Assembly (NCBI GenBank): GCA_964035545.1
Contig: OZ037766.1
Span: 24,296,126 to 24,360,125 of the forward strand
Reading direction: 5' to 3'
Source of the DNA: Bugula neritina
Lineage: Eukaryota; Animalia; Bryozoa
Length of the DNA: 64,000 nucleotides
In this document: one piece after another, positions 39,095 through 60,423 of the stretch
Layout of the letters: each line of letters opens with the position of its first letter
Position numbering within the stretch: the stretch's first letter is position 1
Translations under genes and position numbers: made by a program
Notes under the pieces: model-generated
What the model was told of the DNA's origin: nothing
Seen by the model: only the letters and a program-made list of their open reading frames with translations
Databases searched by the model: none

Positions 39095-42000
39095 TCATTC
39101 CTCTGTTTCCACCTCGGTATCGCACACTAAGTCTAAAACATATCCATCTCTCATTTCGTTTTCTTCAATAAAATTATCATTGATCTCTTCATAATGGTTT
39201 TCATCTTCACCATACAAGTAGCTGTTCATAGCTGAATTATTAGCACTTCTAGAACAAGCGCAGCATGCTAAAGGAAAGGTTTTCGTACAGCTGCCCTGTA
39301 ACATAAATAGACAGGAAATAAATCTATTAAATGTTAATTACTTACTCATGTCCTGCTTTACTTACAGCAACTGTCACTAGCTTATACTTACTGTAAAGTA
39401 ATTTTGCACTGGGATTCGAACCACAAACCTCTGGTTTGCAAGCAGGCGAGTTATAAGCAGTACACCACAAGGGCTGCTGAGTGAACTCAACACTACACAT
39501 ACATCCTTGCGCTACTAGCTTGTTTCACAGTAGGCTACTAAATATTTAAATGCTACAAAACCAATATTGTTCGTTGTTATGGCAACCCACTGACATCTAG
39601 AGTGAAAGTATAGTATCGATAATAATATTATGGTGTTTAGGTGTGCTTTTTCTGTTCATTACTTCGAAATGTTGATTAGAAGGGATTGGTGTCAAGTACT
39701 ATGATGTTGCACATATATACACGACAGCCTAGGCTTAACAAATAAGGTATAAAGGTAATATCTGGACTCAAAATCATCTGGTTTGGGAGAGAGCTAAAAA
39801 TTACTAGAATACGTAGTGTTGAGTTTACCCAGTAGCCCTTGCTTGCAAGCCAGAGGTCTGCGATTCGAATCCTAGTGAGACGAAAATTTTACAGATAATG
39901 AACTTGAAGAGTCATCAATTTAAGTCAATAGCAGATCCTCTGCAAAAACTTTTAATAGAAGGAAGCAGTTCTGAATAAATTAATACAAGACTATAGCTTT
40001 AACTGCGAGAGACCCATAAAAAAGAGGAATTATTTTAAAAGTGTCAATCTATCACAAGTCTATATATACCGCATAAGTAGACAAAACTGGTAGCCAGATT
40101 ATAGCTGTCTAGTTAGTTGTAGGAGCATGCGTTTGATAGAAATAGTATGGTTTAACTAAATTGCTATCCAGGGCTTAACATTAATCGGTATTTAAAGTTA
40201 CTCTTTTATAAAATAAAGTTACAACAAATAACACTTACAATAAAATTACTTACAATAATATGATAATAATACATAATATAAATATATAATATATTTATTA
40301 TAGTATTATTACTTACCTTATATTTGTCCAAGTAGCAAAGCACAATAGCAGTAACCAACATGGAGAGAAGAATTGTGGACACAGCTATGACAATAACTGT
40401 AACAGAAGGTCTTTTTTTATTAGAATAATAGGCAGTGCTAGCTATAGAATCTGTAGACTTTGTGGTTTGGATGCTGCGATTAGCCTTCCTTACAGACGAG
40501 GTGCTAAAATATTTAGTACTGCTGGTAGTCCGAATAGAAAGATTTACTTTTTTGGTATTAGAATAAAGCCGATCAGTTGTTCTAAGAGATGGAGGGTGGG
40601 TAATTCTTTTACTGCTAGAAATTCCTTTAATATCAACTGTGGGTTTTGAAGTTGTTGTACTCCAGTTCTTAGCAGTCGCTCTGAGTGCTGAAACTAAACC
40701 TGAAAGCAAATAAAAGCATTACTGCCAATTATGATATAGCTTATAAATCGATTTGAAATGCTTCAATTTAGAGAAGGCAAAATCGGAAAATGACCCCTAT
40801 TGACTAAAACATTTATTAGGTACGATGAGCTAACTAAAATTTTAACCTAATGATTATAAATCATTAATTTAAAAATGAAAATATCAAAACAAAGCAATAG
40901 CATTCTTTTTTTATCAGCATTCAGTATAGATTTTTTTCTTATAATTATTTTTGTTGCATTTGTTATATTATTATAGCTAGTGTGGCTATATTTTAAGTTA
41001 TAGATATATAAGTAGTTTCATAAAATAATTCATCCTTCATAAATAAATAAATTAATTGAAAAAAATGTTTAAGCATTTACCTTTTACTCTATAAATCCCA
41101 TCTCCCATCCCTATATAAAGGTCATCTTCTACTTTCAATACAGACAATGGGTGATGTGGGAGTTGGCTGCTCCTTTTACAAATATCCTCCTCATTAAAAC
41201 AAACGGGAACAACTGATTTTGATTCAAAATCCATGAGTCTGAGTAATCCGTTATAAAAATCACAAACAATGTACTTGTTGGCCAGTACCTTAATAATTTC
41301 TCTTGGATAGCCAAATGTTGCTAAATTAAAACTGCCATCTACGTAGCTATTCTTCTTAGCTCCAGCAACTTGAGTGTTGGTAACAGAACCATTGCTTAAC
41401 CATGTCACCTGAGAGATGTAATGCTCATTGGCTATTAATAGCTTGTTACCAAACCATGTCAGTCCTTTGGGAAAGTTGAAACCAGTTTTAATAACTGTAG
41501 ATAACTCCCCTGTCAGAAGATTTACTGATCGTAGTGCGTGGTTATTTTCATCAGCAATTAGTAGCTTGTTTGGGTCCCTAACATCTTTTTCTAGACATTG
41601 AGGAAAGTTTAGTCTTCCAGTGTTGACTCTACCATCAACAAGCCCTATGTGATGACACGTGCCAGCTAAAGTACGAATATCATTGTTCCTCCTGTTCAGT
41701 ATTTTGAGACAATGGAGATATTGAGCAATTATAACTACATGAGTTGTATTTATTTGCTTGAATCCACTTGATTCCAACAGAGAAATATTTAATAGGAGTG
41801 AAGCAGTTTTCCCATCAGTGGTTTGAAGATTGATATCTGTGCTAAACAAAATACTGCCGTCTGCCTTGTACAGATCCTGTTCCATGTGGTACACAGCATC
41901 AGACGAGGTATAGAATTGATCAACTTTGTTGATATTTACACTGCAAATATATGAAATACAAATAAAAATTTTGCAAGATAATTTACCTATACATAATGCA

Positions 42001-44466
42001 ATTTTAATGCAAATGGCTGTGACTATTTTATTTTCAATTTATAACAATACTTGTCTATTATAGAGTCTATTGTAAAAGCCAGTAAAGTCAATTGATGTAA
42101 ATTATATATTGTTTTATGCTATAGTTTAGCTTTTTATAATATATTCATGTAGTTTAAATATGTATAAAATTATATGCAGCTAACAATATAATTACATAAC
42201 AATATATTTTTATAAGTTCTAAATTTAGACGAAGAGAAATTTGCAGCATTAAAATAATATTGATTTGAAATTTTATTTGCAGAGCTTCTTAAATCAAGTA
42301 GAACTTTATATAGCAATTTTTAAAAGAAAAGTTTATGTCTTAATAGAACAAGCTAACAGTCATGTCATTTGTGTGTTATATTATACAATGCAAGCTAAGC
42401 TTTTCTCAACCATTGAAATAAAACAAAACTAATGTTTACAGTAAGTATTGCTTATTAGAAACATAGCACTACTATTACAGTTTCATCAGTTTTTGCATAT
42501 TTATATATTTTAATGTTAATATTTTACTATTTATATCACGTATACTCAGTTAATATCTATACTTTTGAAAATTCTCTAAGCCTCAGTACTTATATAACAG
42601 TTTAAAATTGGCTAGTATAATATCTAATTAGCATGCATTTTCATTAATTATGCATGGATTGTGGGTTTTCAGTATTCATGTTATGCCACAATTAATAAGA
42701 ATTGGTTCTGTTTAGCAGTTTTTCCATACACAGTGATAACATTGGAGTTAATTTGCAGTAGTTTTGTCTATATAAAGATTATTTGGCCATGTGCCAGTCA
42801 TAAAATAGATTATTCTCTACAGCTTTCTCCAATCATAGCTAAGTTCAAACCTCAAACCGTCTTGTATCTTGTACGCACTTGTCACACGCTTGGGTATATA
42901 GAGTTGGTATGCCAGCAATTTTCCCATAACGATATAATATTGATGAATCAAAACCCAAAACTCACAAACTTATTTCTACATCTCTTTTTGCTAAATTATT
43001 TGTAAAAAGGGCAAAATTTCATGACCCATTAAAATAACTCTTAAAGCAATCAGTGGTTGACAAATTTAGGATGATAATTAATAATTATAAGACGTATGAT
43101 CAAAATAATTTGAAAACAATTAAAATGTAATTACATGTATGTAAAATATAATATAAACCTTTTGTTTATGAAACTCAAATAAAGCTCAATTATTTTTTGC
43201 TTTTTATGACCCACGGAAAACATATCTGAGTATAAAGTTATCCTTAAACCCAAGTTAACATCTTTCACAAGAAAGAAACAATCTGTATTAGTATATGGTT
43301 TAGGATTAGACTGAATAGTTTACTAAATTTTAACCATTTGGTTTATTTATAAAAGCAGTGGTTGAAATCATGTTTTACTTACACTATTATATGCATTGTT
43401 CAAAGTAATGTCCGTTGCTTTAAGTAAGCTATCTATTATATCTACTATATTATTATATATAGAAAAACAGTAAAGTATGGTATTGCCATTAGGTCCAACT
43501 TGTAAAACAATGCAACTTACACTGTTAACAATGCATCAACAAAAATCTTATAAAAACAGAATCTTACCTTTGCTGCTCTACCGCAAGAGTGTGAAATTTG
43601 AAGGAAGCATATAAAAATATCTAAAATCAATAGATGTAAACATAGTAATAAGTAATAAGTAATAGTAATAAGCATTGCTTAAGGCTAAAAGCTATATCAT
43701 TTTATATAAAAATAAGTAGTCTTTATGCAATTAGATACATGTAGAACAACATATAGCAAGAAGGATAACTGTTTGTAGTCAGGTTAAAGAAAACGAATTT
43801 ATTCATTTCAAGTTTATAGTTGTAAATTGTTTAACAAATTTTATAAAAGTGGATTTGTAGTTTCACTTACGAAAATGATGAATTTCGCTTTCATTCCTTA
43901 TTTTTCACTTTCAGCTGTTTGTGCGATCTCAATAATAAAACTAACTGAAATCAAATTTGAGTTGCTGAAAGCCTAGCTCTGTTTATACAGATAAAATGCT
44001 ATCTATAAGTACCCCTAAGTCATGCATTCTTGTTATAGGCAGTATCTATACTTGTTTACCTCAGAAAGATATAATGCAATTCGATTTATCTTTGCTACTA
44101 GTATTGCATGTTATCAAGTGCAAAATCATGCTGTTATAGGTCATCCAGTTGTCCATTCATTGGGCCCATTAGGCATTATCACATTTTTTACCGTTATCTA
44201 AGTTATTTTGATAATAATAAGAATCGACCTCAGCTCTTTCTTACTTTGAGTTGGCCATTTTACATTAAACAAATTATCGCTCTTCAAGACAATTAATATA
44301 ACTTCAGCATACCCTGAGTTATTCATTGCGTAACACAATGGCAATCATTTACTATTCAAATAGGATTGTACTCTGGCACTTTTTTTATTTAATTATTGGA
44401 GCTTTTGTAAAAGATTTTCAGGTGAGATGACAATTATATTAACTTAAATGCTAGCTTACCGTACAT
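39095..44466 (-). CDS. NHL-like beta-propeller type I membrane protein, paralog 4 (Ser/Thr stalk, ENHYEEI tail)
   Basis: Exons 43620-43568, 41940-41081, 40699-40317 (stalk plus TM) and 39295-39095. The 5' exons 44466-44460 and 44094-44060 (MYAKINRIALYLSE) are tentative. Confidence 0.8.
39405..39497 (-). mobile_element. tRNA-derived SINE, family B
   Basis: ctgggattcgaacc..ttgcaagc..tacaccac..aactcaacactac, homologous to 15243-15340. Confidence 0.7.
39812..39885 (+). mobile_element. tRNA-derived SINE, family B (internally deleted)
   Basis: gtagtgttgagtttacccag..gcttgcaagccagaggtc..ttcgaatcc. Confidence 0.65.
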
Positions 44467-46296
44467 CACTTGCACAGTTGACACAGTTGAGGCATTTTGC
44501 AAACAGAAACAGTGGCAGCTATTCAAGTCATATATAATACATTAAATACAAGTACTTCTCAACTAACTGGTGCTTTATTCAGTTTTAATTTAATCACTTT
44601 TTCGATAAGAATATTTAATAATCATCATCACCTAATGAAAAAAACATATTATTGTATATAATAACACAGTAAGTTAAATCATTATTGTATATGCAACTCA
44701 CATGCAAGGTATCATTCTCTTAATTACAGTAGGTAGTAATTTTCATTTATGATCTTGATATTAAGGAGACACAGCTCATAAAATTGTTAAGTACTACTTA
44801 TGGATAATATATGGTTTATCTTTGACATTATTCTTTATATAGTAAAAACCAATTATGAAGTGTTGTTTATGTTTTGAATACATAAGATTACAACAAAGGA
44901 TAGAACTGTTGTTTTTCCATTCTTCAGGGCATCTAGCTAGCATATTGTACATATTTAGCAGCTTGGTCGTTTTATTACTAACCACGAATTCAACCTAGCA
45001 ATTAACAATCAGAGTATATGATATTTCTCTGATGTGTTGGTGTTTCATATTTTTGCTAGTTTATTCTGCACACTGTACGTAGAACTTTAGCTAGTAATGT
45101 TGTGCATATCTAAGTTTATTTATAGTTATTTTACTAATTATCATGTATTAATAAATAGCTAGTGCCTGGCAATTACATTATTAATAAATTATTCTATAAT
45201 TAATAAGTCAAGGCTAAGCCTACTTAATAAAAGTGTGAGTTTAAAATAATGCAATGTTATATAAGCAAAGTGGCTTTCAATCTTCTGCAGTCTATACTCT
45301 CTACCAAGTCCTTCATCCACTAAAGTCACTATTTTAAGTAACAATGACATGCGTGCATTAGAGTAAATGTAAATGTAAAAATGATAAATAAGCTGACTCC
45401 AAAGATTGTGCAGTGATTGGGATATTGTGGAATTGGCTTTGGTGTGTTTTGGTGTAATTCTTGCTGCATTATCTTTACTTAGAAAATTACTATTGATGAT
45501 ACGTACCATATATATTTAATTTGTAGACATATCCTTTTCGGGTTATGATATTATTTAAGATTATTTTAATCAATTTTATAAAAATAACTTTATTGTAATC
45601 ATATGCAATTATCCTAAGTTCAAAAAACTGCTATTTAAAACAACTTATATGTATTTCAGAGTTTACTCGGAGAACTAAAATAATCCAGCCACTCAATGAT
45701 AATATATTTTTAGAAATTTAAAAATGCTTATATTTAGCTGTAAACCAAGCAGTAAAAGATGTTAGATAAACAGATCCAAGTTCTAGAATCTGTTGATGTT
45801 TTTGCTGTGCATTATAATTATTTTCTCAATGTTACACTTTCTAGCTTTAAACTTCTTTGTCTCATGAACAAACTCGACTGCTTTTCCTGTCTTGCAATAA
45901 TAAGTTCTATCATATGGTTATTATGTAATTTATACTTTCAGGTTGTGACATTCTTGTTAAAAATTATTTAGATACATCACAAAATATTTAATTGATTATT
46001 TTACAGACTAATTATGATTTAGAAAAATAAATAATTTTTAGGCCCTCTTTCACAGCTAAAACGCTAAGCATTAAAATTTATTATCTGTCAATAATTTATG
46101 CCTTAACATCAAGAACTTCAAAAGACTATTTTTCACTACTTTGTTTATTAACATGTATTGTGTAAATAGCAGTCAACAAAAATAATAACATAGTTATGTA
46201 AATTGTGTTTCAAGTTCGAGTAGTGACTTTTGTATAATATTATTATTTGTAGGAAACGAGAAATGTGAAAAATATCTGTTCTTCATCAAGAAGGAA

Positions 46297-49200
46297 ATGC
46301 AAAGTCTGTTATTTATTGTAAGTTTGTATTTGAACTATTATTAAGACTTGTTAAGTTTTATGTCAACAAAAATTAATTGTTTGCATTATTATGAGAATTG
46401 ATGATCTTTCAACTTTTTTCAAATCTCTAAGCACTGAGCTATATAGTCTCGCTCATATAATTATATTCCATCTTTCTTTAGTCTCCATCTGCTTTAAGAG
46501 ATAATTATATAAAATGGAGTTCAACACGCTAAAACTTAGTCTGCTTAATAACCCAACAGACTAACATATCCAACATTTTTCCCCAATATATTATTGAGAA
46601 TGACATATTTTTGGTTCTTCATCAATAAAAAGTGTAGCCATAAAGAGCTTAGAGTGACTGAAATCATTTCTATAAGTCAATTTTGTTGAACAAAATTTAA
46701 ATAACTAGTGCAAACAACTTAAATTTGAATAATGTCTGCTATTATAGAAACTTAGCAACTCAAAAACAGCTTTATCAGTTAAGCATTTTATTATGAACTT
46801 ATTTTTAACTTCAGCTTATTTTAAATTTGGAATTCTTTATATTTCAACTTCTCTTCACCAATCAACAAGATTTAAAGCCTTATACTGCTTGCTGTAGAAC
46901 TGCTGTAACAGAATAATACTATTTCAGAGAAGATGCTCAATTTTTCTATATATAGTCATTGAATCACTATGCTGTGCAGCTTAAACTTTGTAAAGTAACA
47001 TATATAGTTTGCTGCAAAACTTTGTAATGTATACCATTTTAGATCATCTTCTTTGATACAGCATGGGTGGTGCCTGCATCAGTTCCAAAAGCAAGGTAAG
47101 GGATTTCAGTATTATATATAAGAGTACATAGTTGATAAATGAAATATTGCAAGGCCTACAAATAAAATAATAGGCTTATAATATTGACTGCAAATTGTAC
47201 ATTTTAGCTTTGAGATATATTGATTTTATAAGGCAATATTTATCAAACAATCTGCTAACTATAATGAACTGCTGCTTCAGTTGACCAAAGTAGTATATTT
47301 TTATACCAGGTTTCAAGAGTGAGAATTTGTTTGTAAAGTCCCAACTATGCAGCTACTCTCAAATTAAAATTAACTTGCTTTTTAATCTAAGACTCTAAAT
47401 GGCAGTTTACTTAAAAATTCAAACCAAGCCTGCTGCAGAATATATAACATAATACACGTATTGACTGCTTACCAGCAATGGTACAATGTTTTCACAATAG
47501 GGGTAACGGGCACAACGGTCATAGGGGTACAAAAAGCCGGTCAAATTGTGAGAGAACTTATTGACTTGGAGTTGTGATTTTTTAATGAAAAGGTATTGAT
47601 ATAATGATTTAGCCATTGTAGTTTCAACACTTGCAGAGCATACATGTTGAAAAGGCGAGTCAAAAACTAATTTTACCTACTTTTTGTAAATTTTTTAAGA
47701 TGTCATTAAAGCTTTATAACTTTTTACACTCAAAGGTAACAAGCCTAGTTCTTACTGATATTGTTGCCATTGCTTGTCTCTACATTGCTTAACTAGTATG
47801 ATAGCAAACTCGGAATAAATTTTCTTTGAGCCACATTTATTTTCAACTTGGCCACCCGGGGCACAATAAGCCACGTGACCATTGCACCCTGTCTGCTCTA
47901 ATATAAATCTTTAAAAGTGTTCAATACTAAATTTTATTTGTTACAGCCAAAAATAATAAGCGTGCAGCTTTCAGCAGCAAACTGTTACCATGCTTTTGGG
48001 ACAAAAAACTTAAAAATACGTAATAAGCATTTTGTAGACTTGCTGTTGTTTTTAGATTAACTCTCACAGATTTTGAGCTGTTCCATCGAACACCTAGATT
48101 GGTTAACGGCATAGAAGTAGATCTATACAAAGATGACAGCAGCATTGTTTTCAGTACACAAGACTATGTTCGCAGTACCAACGGGATTAGATATGATCAA
48201 CTCTTGGTGCTGAGGCAAAGTTTTATGTCAGGATTAAAGCATATCAATAAAACTAGTTTAATTATTTTAGCATCCGATTTTCACTGCATCAAAATATTAA
48301 ACAGAGAAGATCTAAGTTCACGTACTTTAGCGGGAACCTGCAAGAGTATCGGGTCTGCAAATGGGGTGGTTGGTGTTGGTAAACTGTTTTGGCCATCTGG
48401 TTTGGTAATGGATATTCGGGATTCTAACAAGTTGCTGGTTGCTGATAACGGAGGTAATTCTATCCGATCAGTTATAATCAGTACAGGTGAGCTAGGAACT
48501 GTTATTAAGTCTGGTTTCAACAAGCCAAGAGAGATGGCATGGTTAGGTCAATCACTATTAGTCCTTAATTATCATTACATCTCGCAAATCAACTGGTTTC
48601 CCAATGGCTCTATTGTTAATACAAGGATAGCTGGTTCAGTCGTTTCTGGCTATGCAGATGGTAGTCTTAATGGAGCTAGATTTACTTATCCTCTCGCAAT
48701 ACTTCCTTTGAAACAAAAGCAGTTTCTAATCACTGACTTCAGTAACAGGAAGCTCAGATTGTTAGACATGGAGAGAAAATTAATTGTCCCGATTTGTCAC
48801 AACGGAGAGATACCTTGTACAAAAAGTAGTCCGCAACCTGATTTACCAACAGCTCTTTTACAAACTGGGAGACACATTTACATGGGCACCGTTCATAAAA
48901 TCTACAGATATAAATTCAATGGTAAGTACATTCCAAAATTTTTTTATTTCATTTCACTTTTTGCCAACTTTGACCAGTATGTCATTTTACCAATAGCGGA
49001 TATATTCTGTTTTGCACAGCAGTGCAATTTAAGATGCCATTGCAAACAGTATTAATAAATTAAATAGGTCAATAACATAAATTTTTTGAACATTTTAGCT
49101 CTAAGTTCCGCTCCTAACTTTTTATGATAAAATGCTTGCTGCAAAGTAAAGTAATAAACAGAATACTAAATTGCAATTCTGCTCCTTGCGTGATATTTTA

Positions 49201-50502
49201 AGTTATCGTAGTAAATTGAGAGTAAAACAGAATTATAGTTTAGTTTTTTTTAATGCTCAAGTCAATCTGTCAATAACATAGGCATGGATAGTACATGTAT
49301 ATAAAATAGTATTGACTTGTAATTTTGATGAGATTTAACACTGAGTTATATGCAGGTTAGATATAGCTAGTACATTGTTTTAAAGGAACTCATTGTTATA
49401 ACTACTATAATTAAGTTTTATATAGAATATAATATAATGTAATATTATTCCTATGTACATGTTATTATAGCTTTAGTCCTAATCTGTTAATACGTTTTAG
49501 TTATATGAAAATATTTTCTGAATTTTATTAATTACAACCCAAACAATGAGTGTAAATTATTTTTTCATGCAATGCCTAACTATCTTTAATTAAACTCAAA
49601 GCAGTTTTTTTAAGCACAACATTTATTTATTTTTAGTTTTGAGATAAAAATTGTAGTTAGGAGTTTACCCACCTGTCCCGGGGTGTAATGGTTAGCACAC
49701 TTGCTTGCAGGCCGGAGGTTTTGGGTTCGAATCCCAGTCGGGCAAAGTTTTCATGAGCTATTTTGGTCTTTAGTGAAATTTAGTAGCACTCTGAAGGAGT
49801 TAAGTGGCCAGGGGAGCCTGAAAACTGAAAGAGTAGTAGAGAGGCCAGTAGAGTTCTTGAGAATTGGGTGGGGTGTAGTGTTGAGTTTACCCAGCTGTCC
49901 CGTATTGTAATAGTTAGCACACTTGCTAGCAAGCCGGAGGTCTTAAGTTTTCATAAAACTATTATACTGTATTTTTGAACTTTAAATATATAGCATCATT
50001 TCATGCTCTATTAAAAATATACATTGTGACATTTATTTCAGATACTTTAAGCGTGCTCTCAAAGTTACCAGCATCAACACAGCCTGTAGCTAAAAGTAAA
50101 CTCATTGGAATTGGAATAGTAATTGGCATAGCATTTTCTACATCTATTATAACAGCTTGGAAATTTGGCTATTGGGATCGAAAAGGTAAAAATTAATATT
50201 GTCAGTAAATAGCATGTTTGGCAACAAGTAATTTTCCACCTATTGTAATGTAAACCTTCATTGAGAATGCAGACGGGTAAAAGTTTTATAATGGGCTACA
50301 TGTTTAAATGAATTTTGTTTTATATAATTATTTCCAAGTGTTTTGCAAGCATGCGTGGTGGTTACACATATAAATATATGGTCCTAATTTAGAAGTAGAA
50401 ACATTAAAGAAATCTGAGAAACCAAAGAAAAGAAAGAAAAGAAAGAAAACTCCTGTAACAGATGAAGCCAAGAAAAATACTGAGAATGAAACTGTAGAAT
50501 AA
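46297..50502 (+). CDS. NHL-like beta-propeller type I membrane protein, paralog 5 (polybasic, Tyr-free distal tail)
   Basis: Exons 46297-46317 (MQSLLFI), 47043-47095, 48056-48921, 50042-50185 (TM ..IITAWKFGYW) and 50393-50502 (EVETLKKSEKPKKRKKRKKTPV..*). Confidence 0.82.
49652..49945 (+). mobile_element. Two tandem tRNA-derived SINE family B copies (49652-49746 full head; 49873-49945 truncated)
   Basis: GGTGTAATGGTTAGCAC D-arm and GGTTCGAATCC B box, with the same 5' leader as the other copies. Confidence 0.75.
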
Positions 50503-51465
50503 AAACTGTCCCATAACCTCAACTATATTATTTATATTGTGCCTCAATTTATTTTCCGTAACTTACTGTATGCAGTTTTTTAATTTCATGAATCTAAATG
50601 CTATTAAGGTCAGGTAGCGAAAATCTTCAAACGCTATACATTTTATAATAGTAATCTAAAAAGTATTTAATAAATTATATTTGACAAAGTAGTATGCATA
50701 TTACAGCATTTGTAATAGATTTTTGTTATAAAATTATCATAAACTGCTTACTACAACCAAATGATAGGTTACTTAATATAAAGATCTTAATATGTATAGC
50801 ATAATGTGTTTTTGCAGTGTATTTATTCGCATCTTATTAATAATCTTGATTTGGAGATTTTTATGCAACAAATAACTAATGATATATAGATAAGATTGGA
50901 ATAGTTTAAACAGTGAACACTGCTATATATTTTTATTAGAGCTTTAGTTTTTAGCTTACTGTTTTATATGGTTTGCACAATATATCAGTTGAAGTTTGAT
51001 GTTTCTGTAGTTTTAAGGCTTGAAATGTGCTTATGTGAAGTTTTCTTGCTTGTAAAAATTATTTTATTGCTTCAGCTATTGATATAAGAGCAAAACAAAA
51101 TATTTAAGATTTAAAAAAAACTAGATATATTAAATAACATTAAGTGAATGATAAATTCTTTCAAAATGTGTCTCTCTGGGTTAATTTATAAAAACAAATG
51201 TGTGAAGACAAGTAGCAGTCCTCTCAGCCAATAAAATTTCTTGTCAAAAGAGTGGTTGTTATAGAGCTGTTTTCATTGGCTACCATAATTTTTCTATTTT
51301 CAATTTCACTATATATATACACCCTCTGTTGTATACAGTCTTTATCATAGAGTAGTTTTTAGTCTGATTCTGTGACAAGGTTATTTCAAATATAACAAGT
51401 TTTATCTTCACCAAATTTATTGGCTTTCTACTGTGTTCTTAATTGTATAATAGTTGATCTTAAAA

Positions 51466-60423
<8,958 letters not shown>

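Noticed and set aside
49675-49745. Possible tRNA gene
   Set aside because: Anticodon stem and acceptor pairing are poor, and multiple degenerate copies share a non-tRNA leader, so it is SINE-like.
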